Shown here: positions 38,234 through 47,511 of the stretch, piece after piece | How the letters are laid out: the number at the start of each line of letters is the position of its first letter | How positions within the stretch are numbered: position 1 is the first letter of the stretch | Notes under the pieces: generated by a model | The model's input: only the letters and a program-made list of their open reading frames with translations | What the model was told of the DNA's origin: nothing | Database searches by the model: none | Made by a program: the position numbers and the translations under genes | Source of the DNA: a virus | IMG/VR virus record: IMGVR_UViG_3300035703_000070 | Coordinates: 6,315-70,314 of that record | Reading direction: 5' to 3' (one strand) | Length of the DNA stretch: 64,000 nt

Positions 38234-38623
38234 TCAGACGTTCTGAACGCTTCCTTTGCCAACCAGTCTAAAAATTCCCCGGATTGGCGTGCCTAAGAAC
38301 TGCCAATAATGCTCGGCAATTTGTTCGTTCGGCAAAAGCTCAAACCGCCCCTCTCTTCCATTGATTGTTGCGGAAGCAGAACTGCCAGGAGTGATACCGG
38401 AAAGGGCTAGCGGCCCCGTCAGTCGTCCCTCCATGTAAACGGCCGTATTATCTGCGCCAAGCAAATAATCGAACCGTGGATTCTGCTTTTGCCTCAGTGT
38501 GGCATAATATGTCACTCCCGAAGAGAGTGCAACATAATTGCCGGTTTCGCTGTCCTGAGCGTAGCCAGACGCAACTTGCCAGACCAGTGTGGCATTAGCA
38601 AGTGGCGAAAGACCGTTGATCAT
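38234..38623 (-). CDS. head closure protein
   Basis: Position after the adaptor; beta-rich. Confidence 0.5.
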   Translation of the reverse strand: MINGLSPLANATLVWQVASGYAQDSETGNYVALSSGVTYYATLRQKQNPRFDYLLGADNTAVYMEGRLTGPLALSGITPGSSASATINGREGRFELLPNEQIAEHYWQFLGTPIRGIFRLVGKGSVQNV

Positions 38624-38934
38624 ACGACGAAGCCAATGGAAGAAGCGCCAGCGACGGTTTCAAGCATTCGTTTGAACTCTTGACCATATTGAGTGGCCTC
38701 GAGCCCGTTGCCATAAACCTTGCCATCCGTGGCGCCAATTTGAACGCCCATTTGTGCAAGCTGAATGGCGATGATGTGCGCGGCAAGATGCTTAACTGCC
38801 CGATCCGTTTGACTACCAAACACATCAGCGCTTGCGTCTGCCGTCGCCTCGTCAATGGCCCCGTTTACGATTCCCGATGGATGAGGAGTGAACTCGGGGA
38901 AGCGATCGAGAAAGCTCGCGTAGGTTACGGCCAT
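38620..38934 (-). CDS. head-tail adaptor (DUF4054-like)
   Basis: FLDRFPEF, LAAH, T.YGQEF.R. Confidence 0.8.
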   Translation of the reverse strand: MAVTYASFLDRFPEFTPHPSGIVNGAIDEATADASADVFGSQTDRAVKHLAAHIIAIQLAQMGVQIGATDGKVYGNGLEATQYGQEFKRMLETVAGASSIGFVV

Positions 38935-38936
38935 GA

Positions 38937-39323
38937 TCAGGCTTTCCCTGTGCGAATGTTCTCAAGTCGCTTGTTGATGGCGTTACGGATGCGCACTCGC
39001 CCCTCTGCCTTTTTCCAGTCCTGGAGCTGGTCTTCATCGTGCATGATTTCGATCATGCGCAAGGCGTCAGTAAGGGGCAGTTGGGCGAGTGTGGACACCT
39101 TTGTGGGAATGTCCTGCACCGTAGGGGCTTCTTTCAGCTCTTCAATTGCGCCAATTGCCATAAGGCGCTTGACGGTTCCATTGTTTCGTGCCTGAGCCCA
39201 TTTGGTATCAGGCACGTCTGAATTCACCCCTGGACTGAGCTGGATCATTCCAGCATCAGTAATAACACCAAGACCACCTTCACGAGGCGGATTTTCGAGG
39301 TCAGGGCGATAAGCGATCAACAT
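38937..39323 (-). CDS. head-associated hypothetical protein
   Basis: Follows the capsid gene; L.PGVN, E.R..IRNAI..R. Confidence 0.6.
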   Translation of the reverse strand: MLIAYRPDLENPPREGGLGVITDAGMIQLSPGVNSDVPDTKWAQARNNGTVKRLMAIGAIEELKEAPTVQDIPTKVSTLAQLPLTDALRMIEIMHDEDQLQDWKKAEGRVRIRNAINKRLENIRTGKA

Positions 39324-39371
39324 TGTGTGTTCATTAGAGAACTGCTTTCAAGCTTAACGCCCAAATCCCGA

Positions 39372-40277
39372 TCAGTTGTCCTGCACGTAGATGACGCTCT
39401 TGGGATAGTACAGAGCAACACCACCAACCCGAGCGTGAGCAGGAACGATGAATTCCAGGCCGCGCTGTTGAGGGGGGAACAGCTCGAGGGGCTGCGGAAT
39501 GTGCAGTTGCACTTTCTGAGGATCACGCTTGTAGACAACCATGCGGTTCTTGTTGAGAACGCTGTTGTCGGCGTCGAGCTGGTTGATGGGCTCAACGTTG
39601 CGGATGTAAGGGTTGGTGCGCAGGAAATACTCCAGGACGGTAACGTCCGAAGAGTCGCTGTTACGAGTGGTGCTCACCTTGTTGTAGTCCTCATAAGCCA
39701 TGAGGATCGTGTCGGGCTCTTCCTTCATCTTGGAAGCGCTGATGATGGCACTCACGCCATAGTTCAGCAGCTCAAGCATTTCCTGAGCAGTGGTGCCACT
39801 ATCAGTGAACCACTTGTCAGCGACCACAAGGTCAACAGTTGAGTTGTTGAAGAAGCCGGACAGGCCCACCGACGATTCACCGAACATCGCCACTTCCTCG
39901 ACCTTCTCTTCGTAGGCGCGACGAACGGCATTGGCACGACGCTGCTCAAGGGCGATATTTGCCATTTGAGCGGCACGCAGCTCCTGAACGGTGTAGCCAA
40001 AGCTACCGCCGAAAGAGCGAATGTTGATGCTCTTCTCGGTTTGGCTGATGTCGGCACGGGGCAGATCGTCAGCGGCGTCAGCAATCAGTCGGAATTCACC
40101 CGTAGCATCCATGATGCGGTAGGTGAAGGTTTGTGCGCCGGGACCAGCTTCACTGGTTACAGGCAGAATAGTGGGGTATTTGATGTCAGCGTAGGTGACT
40201 TCAAAAACCTGCGGGCGAATGTACTCAAGCTGACGCTCGAGAAACAGACCCGCTTCATCCATGCGAAAATCAGACAT
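39372..40277 (-). CDS. major capsid protein (DUF2184 family)
   Basis: FLERQLEYI, DDLPRAD, YTVQELRAA, MVVY..DP, GGV..YYP. Confidence 0.9.
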   Translation of the reverse strand: MSDFRMDEAGLFLERQLEYIRPQVFEVTYADIKYPTILPVTSEAGPGAQTFTYRIMDATGEFRLIADAADDLPRADISQTEKSINIRSFGGSFGYTVQELRAAQMANIALEQRRANAVRRAYEEKVEEVAMFGESSVGLSGFFNNSTVDLVVADKWFTDSGTTAQEMLELLNYGVSAIISASKMKEEPDTILMAYEDYNKVSTTRNSDSSDVTVLEYFLRTNPYIRNVEPINQLDADNSVLNKNRMVVYKRDPQKVQLHIPQPLELFPPQQRGLEFIVPAHARVGGVALYYPKSVIYVQDN

Positions 40278-40291
40278 TGGAGGGCCTCCTA

Positions 40292-40852
40292 TCAGGTGTC
40301 AGCGGTGAGGGTGAACGAAGGACCGTTCAGCTCAACAATCGCCAGGCCAGAGCCGGTGACCGAAGTGAGATAACGGGCATTCGCCAGGCGAGCAGACTTG
40401 TTCGCAATGGCATCGCCAGTGAACTGACCTGCATACTTGACGCCAGTGGCGGTGTGAATGACACGCACTGCGGTTGCAGGAGTGACATCGCCATGCACAT
40501 ACACAGCAACGGCGCCTTCGTTGGCAACGTTCAGCACTTGAGCAGCCTTCACACCGGGGCGACCGTTGGAGTCTTCTGCGGTCTCATCCACGTAGGTGAG
40601 AACGTTCAGGCCAACAACAGTCTCGCCCACGCCGCCAATAGTCTTGGCAGAGTTGGCAACGGTGCCGCCGCTGGCATAGGCCACGACGTTGCCGAAGGGA
40701 ATAACAGCACCAGTCTCGTTGACATAGGTGCCGATGGTATTGTCGCGAATATCGGACAGTTGGCCTTCCAGGAGGGCGGTCAGCTCAAGAGCGTAGCTCT
40801 GCTGAACACCACCTGCAGCAGCCGTGCCCGAGGGGGTAAAAGTAACGGCCAT
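40292..40852 (-). CDS. capsid decoration/cement protein
   Basis: IPFG.VV, V...G.V.V pattern; between scaffold and capsid. Confidence 0.75.
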   Translation of the reverse strand: MAVTFTPSGTAAAGGVQQSYALELTALLEGQLSDIRDNTIGTYVNETGAVIPFGNVVAYASGGTVANSAKTIGGVGETVVGLNVLTYVDETAEDSNGRPGVKAAQVLNVANEGAVAVYVHGDVTPATAVRVIHTATGVKYAGQFTGDAIANKSARLANARYLTSVTGSGLAIVELNGPSFTLTADT

Positions 40853-40855
40853 GGA

Positions 40856-42052
40856 TCAGCGCTCCTTGGAGATGGAAAGAGGAGCCTTCCAAGCATTCTG
40901 CAGGCGCTCCATATAGGAGGACGGTGCAGAAGCAGGAGAGGCGATGGAAGCAACGGCCTTGCGCAGCTCATCGGTGGCAGCCGAATCAGCGCGGGGCAGT
41001 TCAGCCAGAGTGTCAAACATGGCTTGCACGTAATCGTCGGAGCGTTCCGACAGATCAAGCGCATCGCCGCGAACCGCCTTGATAGCAGCCTCCATGACTT
41101 CACGAGCACTCTTGCCGGTGAAGTCAAACTCGCTATCCAGAGTGGTGCGAGCCTTGTCGATCAACGCAACGCGCTCTTCAACGAGCGAGTCAAGATTGAC
41201 ATTTTTAGCGGCGTCAAGATCAGTCTTGATTGACTGCAGCTCTTGCTCAAGAGCATCAGCGCGACCCTCGGCGGCATCGCACTTGCCCTTCATTTCTTTG
41301 CTCATGGCGTCCATTTCTTCCTTCATTTTGGAAGCTTCGGCCATCATTTCATCATATTTGCGTTTCATATCAGCATAAGTCGCCTTCGCGTCTTCACGCT
41401 CAGCCGTAATGGCGGCTGCAAGGGCGGAATCTGCCTCAAAAGAAACGCCGTCAAACACAATGTTTGCCGACATAATTTCTCCTTGAATAGAGGTGAGCAA
41501 TTCGGTCACAGCGGCATCCGCTGAGTCGAGCATGAGACGAACACTTGGACCGCCTCTGGCTCTTTTGACAATGGCCACATGATTACCGCGAATGTTTCTT
41601 TGGTAACCGTCGTAATGTTGACCGTCTGGCGTAATGCCAGCTTCGTCAACATAATCGACCTTGTATCCACAGGAAACTTCGCGAACGTCGCCGCGCATGA
41701 TTTCCTCGATGGTGTCCTTGTCAGTGACTGTTAAAGTGGATTCAACGAAGCCATCGGAATACGAGACATCTGCACTTGTAAAGCCAACTGCATAATCCTT
41801 TGTGTTTGACGCATCGAGCAACACCGGGGGATGCTCTTTGGTTAAACACTTTTCCTTGAAACTATCAAGAGCCTCTTGAGAAGCAACTTCAGTTTCAGGG
41901 CGGTATTCCAAGCGGATGCCACCACTTGCATCCGTATACGACTGAATGCCCGTACGCGCAATGCGAGCACGAACCTTTAGGTAACCCTCCTCCGTGATTT
42001 GATAATCACTGATTTGGGATACGTCGTAGCGAAAGCAGGAGCGTGAATCCAT
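40856..42052 (-). CDS. prohead protease-scaffold (DUF2213)
   Basis: EGYL....IARTGIQ.Y, HP, EVSCGY, QRNIRGNHVAIV.RARGG; coiled-coil C-terminal half. Confidence 0.9.
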   Translation of the reverse strand: MDSRSCFRYDVSQISDYQITEEGYLKVRARIARTGIQSYTDASGGIRLEYRPETEVASQEALDSFKEKCLTKEHPPVLLDASNTKDYAVGFTSADVSYSDGFVESTLTVTDKDTIEEIMRGDVREVSCGYKVDYVDEAGITPDGQHYDGYQRNIRGNHVAIVKRARGGPSVRLMLDSADAAVTELLTSIQGEIMSANIVFDGVSFEADSALAAAITAEREDAKATYADMKRKYDEMMAEASKMKEEMDAMSKEMKGKCDAAEGRADALEQELQSIKTDLDAAKNVNLDSLVEERVALIDKARTTLDSEFDFTGKSAREVMEAAIKAVRGDALDLSERSDDYVQAMFDTLAELPRADSAATDELRKAVASIASPASAPSSYMERLQNAWKAPLSISKER

Positions 42053-42111
42053 AGTCACATACTAAAGAGAAAAATGCATTAAACTACAAGCTGTGATTCA
42101 TAGGCGAATCG

Positions 42112-42642
42112 GTGGCGGCGACTTGGCACTACGTCTATTACTCTTACGAAGAGTGGGGAAGGGGCTACATCGGGAAGCGCAGCTCCTCCTGCGCTCCCGA
42201 CGACGACCCTTATCTCGGAAGCTTTGGCGATAAAACTTTCAGGCCCACGCAAAAAATTGTTCTTGCAACTTTTGAGACAAGCAAAGAAGCTTTAGAGGCA
42301 GAAATTGTATTACATGATTTCTACGAAGTGCACAAAAATCCGCACTTTGCGAATCGGGCAAAGCAAACAAGCGCAAAGTTTCAATGCGATCCAGAATGGT
42401 ATTCGAGGATGGGTGAAAAAGAAAAGCTTATCAGGGCGTCCAAAATCAGTCGATCAATGTCCGGAGGTGCCCGAGGCTTCTATTTCTGCCTTCGATCCCC
42501 CGATGAAAAAATTATTGTCACTCAAAATTTACGAGAAACGTGTCGCAGTCATGGGTTGCAACGAGCGAACCTTCAAAAGGTCTTAAAGGGCGAGCGGGAA
42601 AATGCCGCTGGATGGACGATAACCAAACACTTTTTGCCATGA
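42112..42642 (+). CDS. GIY-YIG homing endonuclease
   Basis: HYVYYSYEEWGRGYIGKR, YLGS, EALEAE, FANRA; C-terminal NUMOD-like segment. Confidence 0.8.
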   Translation: MAATWHYVYYSYEEWGRGYIGKRSSSCAPDDDPYLGSFGDKTFRPTQKIVLATFETSKEALEAEIVLHDFYEVHKNPHFANRAKQTSAKFQCDPEWYSRMGEKEKLIRASKISRSMSGGARGFYFCLRSPDEKIIVTQNLRETCRSHGLQRANLQKVLKGERENAAGWTITKHFLP

Positions 42643-42935
42643 AACTTTTCACAGAAAAAACCAACGCGCTAAAAATGCCGCATCCAGAGCGAAGATTGTT
42701 GGTTGCATCAAGGATGCGAAACTTAAGAGAAAACAGCGGACTATCCCAACGCCACGTAGCAAGCACACTGCACGTTTCGCAAGCGACTTATTGCAGAATG
42801 GAGCGCGGCGATTCCGAGCCATCAGCCGTTCAGCTAGCCACTTTAAGCGGATTGTATGGAATATCCGTCCTGTGGATGCTGGGAATGCCCAACTTTGTTG
42901 TCAATGCGGCTCAGTCCTCGTCGTCGTCTTCTTGA
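42639..42935 (+). CDS. XRE-family HTH regulator
   Basis: LRENSGLSQRHVA..L.VSQATYCRMERG..EP. Confidence 0.85.
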   Translation: MKLFTEKTNALKMPHPERRLLVASRMRNLRENSGLSQRHVASTLHVSQATYCRMERGDSEPSAVQLATLSGLYGISVLWMLGMPNFVVNAAQSSSSSS

Positions 42936-43222
42936 ATGGAGCGAATCTGCTCTTCCACGCCTTCCATTACATAGGCCTTGGCGATAGCCTCAGCCTCGAA
43001 AGTAAGCATCTTCACAGGCTCGAAATGTTCGTCTGGCTTTTCATAAAAGCTCTCCACAAAAATATGAGTTTCGTCAAGACGGCCATTCTTGAAATGCTGT
43101 CGCTCAACCAATCGCCAGTGCGAAGTGCTGCGATGCTCGTGAGCCGAAAGAATGGCCAGGGCTTTCAAAATGCCAATGCCGTCCTCTTCTTCCTCTTCAA
43201 TCACGCGAACGTATTCGCTCAT
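42911..43222 (-). CDS. acidic hypothetical protein
   Basis: 103 aa, ATGA overlap. Confidence 0.65.
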   Translation of the reverse strand: MSEYVRVIEEEEEDGIGILKALAILSAHEHRSTSHWRLVERQHFKNGRLDETHIFVESFYEKPDEHFEPVKMLTFEAEAIAKAYVMEGVEEQIRSIQEDDDED

Positions 43223-43572
43223 TGATCCTTTTTGCGGCTTTCAACCATCTTAATGATCCGATTGGCCCACGCCCTTCCCGCGTCACCACCCCATAAAAGC
43301 CAGGCAATGTAACCAGCATCGTTTTCACCGCCGCTCTTGTTTTTCTCATGGCGAGAAAAGAACGCAGACATTCGCATAATGGTTGCATAACTTAATGAAC
43401 TGCCACTAGCTAGGTCAGACGCCCTTGCCACTCCGCTTCCAATGCCCTGCTTGCCGGCTTCCTGAGTGGTCAGGCCGCCCTTGCCATATTTCTTGCGTAG
43501 TTCGAGGCCACGACGCGCTGCGGCTCGAACAGACGATGGAGGGGAAAATGATTCGGCGTCTCCCCTCAGGGC
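43219..43572 (-). CDS. -1 frameshift extension of the 43805 ORF (head-associated RGL...RM..FF.RH...AW.LWGG domain)
   Basis: Frame open from the GGGAAAG site: ALRGDAESFSPPSSVRAAARRGLELRKK...WLLWGGDAGRAWA. Confidence 0.72.
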   Translation of the reverse strand, partial: ALRGDAESFSPPSSVRAAARRGLELRKKYGKGGLTTQEAGKQGIGSGVARASDLASGSSLSYATIMRMSAFFSRHEKNKSGGENDAGYIAWLLWGGDAGRAWANRIIKMVESRKKDQ

Positions 43573-43805
43573 TTTCCCAGTTCGTCCTCCATCTCCTCTT
43601 CGCCAGCCAGCTCCTTCATGAAGGCCAGGTAATATTCATCGCCCATGTCCTTCTTGGGCTTGCGAGACAGGCCGGCTTCGGACAGAGCAATTGCCAGGGC
43701 TTGTTGAGGATTTTTTACTGACTCCCCGCTGCTGCTCTTAAGCTTGCCGCTCTTGAATTCTTTCATCACCAAGCGAACCTTTGCTTGCTTCTCTTTTGCG
43801 GTCAT
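43566..43805 (-). CDS. DUF6496-like small protein
   Basis: KV..VMKEFKSGKLKSSSG..VKNPQQA.AIALSEAG. Confidence 0.75.
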   Translation of the reverse strand: MTAKEKQAKVRLVMKEFKSGKLKSSSGESVKNPQQALAIALSEAGLSRKPKKDMGDEYYLAFMKELAGEEEMEDELGKP

Positions 43806-43825
43806 GGCAATGGTTTTCTTTTAGT

Positions 43826-44545
43826 TTAAGGGCCAAAAAATTGAATGGGGGCAGTTTCAATGGTCATGCCAGGCCATACCTTGTCTCGATGGAGAACAAG
43901 GGCGGTCATGATGCGTTCCGCCAGGAAAGAAATATAACGACAATTGTATCCTTCAATTTGCATGATTTCCTCCTTCCCATTGTCCCATATTGGCCACATG
44001 CAGTCCAGGAGTGTTTGCATGAATCGACAGTAAAGCTCATGCGGTCCACGGGCCATAATGTGACCGTAGAAAATTTTCTGACAAAAAGCGGCCTCAAGGT
44101 CTTCTTTTGAGAGTGGCAACTGCCCTTTATTTGCAGCATCTAATGCTCGATCGATGCCGTCCATTCCTTGATGGCCGCCTGCATATTGCTCAGCGACAGA
44201 GCAATGAAAATGCTCCGGCTCTGGAATGTAAAGCACAGAGGGCGACGATGGCCCGAGGCCGTCGTCTCTCCACTTGCGCCTGTATTGAGCGTTACCAATG
44301 AAATCGTAAGATGAATTGTTGACGGCCCAGTAAACGCCAGTTAGCTCGGACCACCATTTGTTCATCCAGGAAATATTGCGTCCTTGACTATCCAGAATCC
44401 AGCCATCATGCACTAAGTCAATTTGATCGTAAACGCTTAATTTTGCGGCATCAAGGCGCATACGATGAAGGGTGGCAGCGCTTTCATAGCGAGGCACATT
44501 ATCCCCGTGGCACATAACAAGAAGGTGCCAATCTTTAGCCTTCAT
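43826..44545 (-). CDS. DUF4422-like glycosyltransferase
   Basis: G.NIS..N..WSELTG.YW, FIG.AQYRR, R...FLAER. Confidence 0.75.
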   Translation of the reverse strand: MKAKDWHLLVMCHGDNVPRYESAATLHRMRLDAAKLSVYDQIDLVHDGWILDSQGRNISWMNKWWSELTGVYWAVNNSSYDFIGNAQYRRKWRDDGLGPSSPSVLYIPEPEHFHCSVAEQYAGGHQGMDGIDRALDAANKGQLPLSKEDLEAAFCQKIFYGHIMARGPHELYCRFMQTLLDCMWPIWDNGKEEIMQIEGYNCRYISFLAERIMTALVLHRDKVWPGMTIETAPIQFFGP

Positions 44546-45245
44546 AAATATCACGAGCCGCCCAGAGTTCGTTGTAATTGTTCACTCCTTTTGCTCCCAC
44601 GCCCGTCAAGTCGCCTCCACCGGAAGGCTTGCTCCAGGCCATGATCGTACCATCAGGCAGAACAAATGCCCTGTTTTTTTGTTCATGAGTGGGAGTCAGT
44701 TCAAGGTAGTCGCCATAGACAAAGTCAGATTGCCCTTTGTTAATTGCAAGTGCTTCTCCCAGAAGCGTAGGACCAGTGGGGCACAATGGAGTGATTCCAT
44801 AGTATTGCTCGTGGCAATTTTTCACAATCAGTTCGATAGCGGTAACTAGCGCAGGATTGCTGGGCTGCGAGTAAAGCACGGTCGTAGCGCACGCCCAGGA
44901 GGTAAAACTGAAACGCTGAATGTCTCGAAATGCCAGCATTTTAATACGGGGACCAACATCCACTGGATTGGCCACTCTAACTGCAATATCCATGTACCAT
45001 CCACCCAGTTTATTCAGCAGGCAAAAACGACCAAGATCCGCTTTATACGAATAGGGCTTAAGAGTGTCATAGGCCCAAAGAACTTCCGCGTCGTAATTAT
45101 CAGAAATGAATGCCCTCAGACTTTCTTTTCCGTAGATTGTGTGCTTCGCACCAGGAAACGCAGCCTTAACAGTGCCAGTGGCATACTGGAGAAACGGCGA
45201 AAGGTCATCGCCAGCGTCGCTCAAAAAAATCTGAGAGATTTCCAT
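44535..45245 (-). CDS. GT32 (OCH1-like) glycosyltransferase
   Basis: KADLGRFCLL...GGWYMD, TGP.LLG. Confidence 0.8.
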   Translation of the reverse strand: MEISQIFLSDAGDDLSPFLQYATGTVKAAFPGAKHTIYGKESLRAFISDNYDAEVLWAYDTLKPYSYKADLGRFCLLNKLGGWYMDIAVRVANPVDVGPRIKMLAFRDIQRFSFTSWACATTVLYSQPSNPALVTAIELIVKNCHEQYYGITPLCPTGPTLLGEALAINKGQSDFVYGDYLELTPTHEQKNRAFVLPDGTIMAWSKPSGGGDLTGVGAKGVNNYNELWAARDIYEG

Positions 45246-45247
45246 GG

Positions 45248-46471
45248 TCAAGCAATGCGAGCAGGGGCGCCAAATCCCTTGAAGTCGGCAGAACCATCTC
45301 GTTTCTCGAGGGTGTTCTTAATGATGTTAAGCATTTGCTTCTGAACAAAGGGCCAAGTAAAAGTTTTCTGATGGAGACGTTCGTAACACCACTCTCCCGC
45401 CATTTGCAGCGCCTCACGATTCTGATAGTAATAATTCAAAATGTCGGCTAAATCACAAGGTGACGGCTGCCCTCTTTCTAGGCCATAGTTTCTGTCTGTC
45501 TCCCAGCTTTCGATGGCGATTCTACGCACTCCGCTAAAGATCTCTTTCAGGCTCGTATGGTCAGGGACCACCTGCGCCACCCCAGTGGCGGCATGCTCGC
45601 TATTCACCAACCCCCAGCCCTCTCCAATGCAAGTATTGACGCCAATGTCACAAGCATTGTAAACCTTGTTGAGCTTCTCAATCGGAAGACAGTTATGCGT
45701 TGAAAACTGTGGGCTGGTAAGGATCAGCTTGCCAACGGCATCGTAGCCCTCGTCCCTAGCCACTCTCTTGAACAAGGGAATCAGCTCCCATCCCATATCC
45801 TTTTTGCCCATATTCAACCAAAGACGAGCGTCGGGCTTGTCTTTAGCAAACTTAATAAAGCCCTTGATGGTCAAGTCGATGCGCTTCCGGGGCTGGTTCC
45901 GATTGCCATTGAACACAATAAAAACGTCTTCAGGAACGCCAAGCTCCTTGCGGCATTTGCTCTTGTCGATGGGGAAAAAGTCGGAAAAATTAGTGCCATG
46001 GCCGACAACGTGGATGGGCTTGTCATATCCAATCTTCTCAACCTCCTCTTTTGCAAACTGCGTGTAAGTGATCAAAGTGTCCCATTTTTGTATGGCTGGG
46101 AGCAACTGAGGGAAGAGCCCATAGGAATCAATTGGTGTGTACACAATGGTTTTGAAGCCGATCGACTCCTTGAACGGCTCAGCTTGATCCAGAAGGTTAA
46201 TGGCCACCCAAATATCGTTAATAACGAAAATAAGATCAGGCTTGATCAACTGAACCAGTTCTCCCATCCGATGGGCGCCAAAGGGGTCGGTTCCATGGGC
46301 CATTGCTGGATACATTTTGCAGTGTTGCTGCATTCCGTCTGGGTCGCCGTGCCAGTTAACAGCCAGAGCATGCACTTCGTGTTCTTTGGCCAGGGCAGGA
46401 ATCAACTGTTCGGCCACCCGTCCAAAGCCGGTCTGTGCGCCAACATCACCGCAGTAAAGAATGGTAGCCAC
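45248..46471 (-). CDS. GT4 (GT-B) glycosyltransferase
   Basis: TGFGRV, HG, NRNQPRKRID, YNACD......GEGWGL...E.AA.G. Confidence 0.88.
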   Translation of the reverse strand: MATILYCGDVGAQTGFGRVAEQLIPALAKEHEVHALAVNWHGDPDGMQQHCKMYPAMAHGTDPFGAHRMGELVQLIKPDLIFVINDIWVAINLLDQAEPFKESIGFKTIVYTPIDSYGLFPQLLPAIQKWDTLITYTQFAKEEVEKIGYDKPIHVVGHGTNFSDFFPIDKSKCRKELGVPEDVFIVFNGNRNQPRKRIDLTIKGFIKFAKDKPDARLWLNMGKKDMGWELIPLFKRVARDEGYDAVGKLILTSPQFSTHNCLPIEKLNKVYNACDIGVNTCIGEGWGLVNSEHAATGVAQVVPDHTSLKEIFSGVRRIAIESWETDRNYGLERGQPSPCDLADILNYYYQNREALQMAGEWCYERLHQKTFTWPFVQKQMLNIIKNTLEKRDGSADFKGFGAPARIA

Positions 46472-46533
46472 AAGAGTTCCAAGACTGGCCTTATCTTAAT
46501 GCGCTTTTAGACTGTGGCAAAGGTTGGTGCAAC

Positions 46534-47511
46534 GTGAAAATGAGACTGGCGATCATTGGGGCTGGCTGGGTGGGATGCCATTTGGCCCTAAAGTTGCGCG
46601 ACGAGCATGAAGTAACCATCTTTGACCCCACCCCTTTCGAGGGGGCATCGTTGTTGAATCAGAACCGTATGCACATGGGCTATCACTACGCCCGAAACCA
46701 TGCCACGAGAGAACTGTGCCAAGTTACCTTTGACGCATTCATGCGAGATTACGGAACGCTTACGGAGCCAGTGCAGAATAATCTTTACGCCGTGCCACAC
46801 GAGGAAAGCTTGCTCGACGCGAAAACAATTGAAGCAATCTTTCCTCCATTGTCATGGCAACACGAAAAGCACGAGGCACCCTATCTTCTTAACACCGAGA
46901 TGGTTTGGCGCACTCGAGAGCGATACATTTGCCCTCTGAGAACTAAGCAATTCATGTTTCAAGAGTTGTCTTCGTCCCTCCGCCTAGAGCGAGTTAAAGC
47001 GGGCGACCTTGCAACATTAAGACAGGATTACTCGTTGATCGTTGATTGCACCAACAATACACTCCTTCGGCCGACCTCAGGCGAATACTTTGAGGCCGTG
47101 GCAATGTTCATCTACGACATCATAAAACCTTTGCCCTTCGGCGCTCTTACCTATATCGATGGCCCTTTATTTTCCATCTATCCTTTTCACAACGACACCA
47201 TCTCCCTCAGTCACGTTGTACACAGTGTCATCCACTCCTCTGTTGCGCCCATTTCCCCTGAGGAGGTGAAGGACGAAGGCAAGTCAAGGCGGCAGGCGGA
47301 GCTTCATGCCCGCCTTTACTGGCCTGAGTTTGCAGACCACCTTTCGTTCTCGAAGACGGTTTATTCAATGAAAAGCAAGCGGTCCAACGCAAGCGCCTAC
47401 AGGGCTCCTTTGTTCAAGAAAGACGGCAACGTACTGTCATGCTTTACCGGCAAAATTCAAGGCATCTACTTGATCGAAGCCAAGGTCCGAGAAGTCTTGT
47501 CAGGCTTGTAA
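46534..47511 (+). CDS. FAD-dependent oxidoreductase
   Basis: AIIGAGWVG Rossmann motif; NQNRMH.GYHY.R; GKI. Confidence 0.8.
   Translation: MKMRLAIIGAGWVGCHLALKLRDEHEVTIFDPTPFEGASLLNQNRMHMGYHYARNHATRELCQVTFDAFMRDYGTLTEPVQNNLYAVPHEESLLDAKTIEAIFPPLSWQHEKHEAPYLLNTEMVWRTRERYICPLRTKQFMFQELSSSLRLERVKAGDLATLRQDYSLIVDCTNNTLLRPTSGEYFEAVAMFIYDIIKPLPFGALTYIDGPLFSIYPFHNDTISLSHVVHSVIHSSVAPISPEEVKDEGKSRRQAELHARLYWPEFADHLSFSKTVYSMKSKRSNASAYRAPLFKKDGNVLSCFTGKIQGIYLIEAKVREVLSGL

Noticed and set aside
42061-42096. Relic XRE N-terminus (KEKNALN versus TEKTNALK) upstream of the GIY-YIG gene
   Set aside because: No start codon in that frame and the similarity is too weak.
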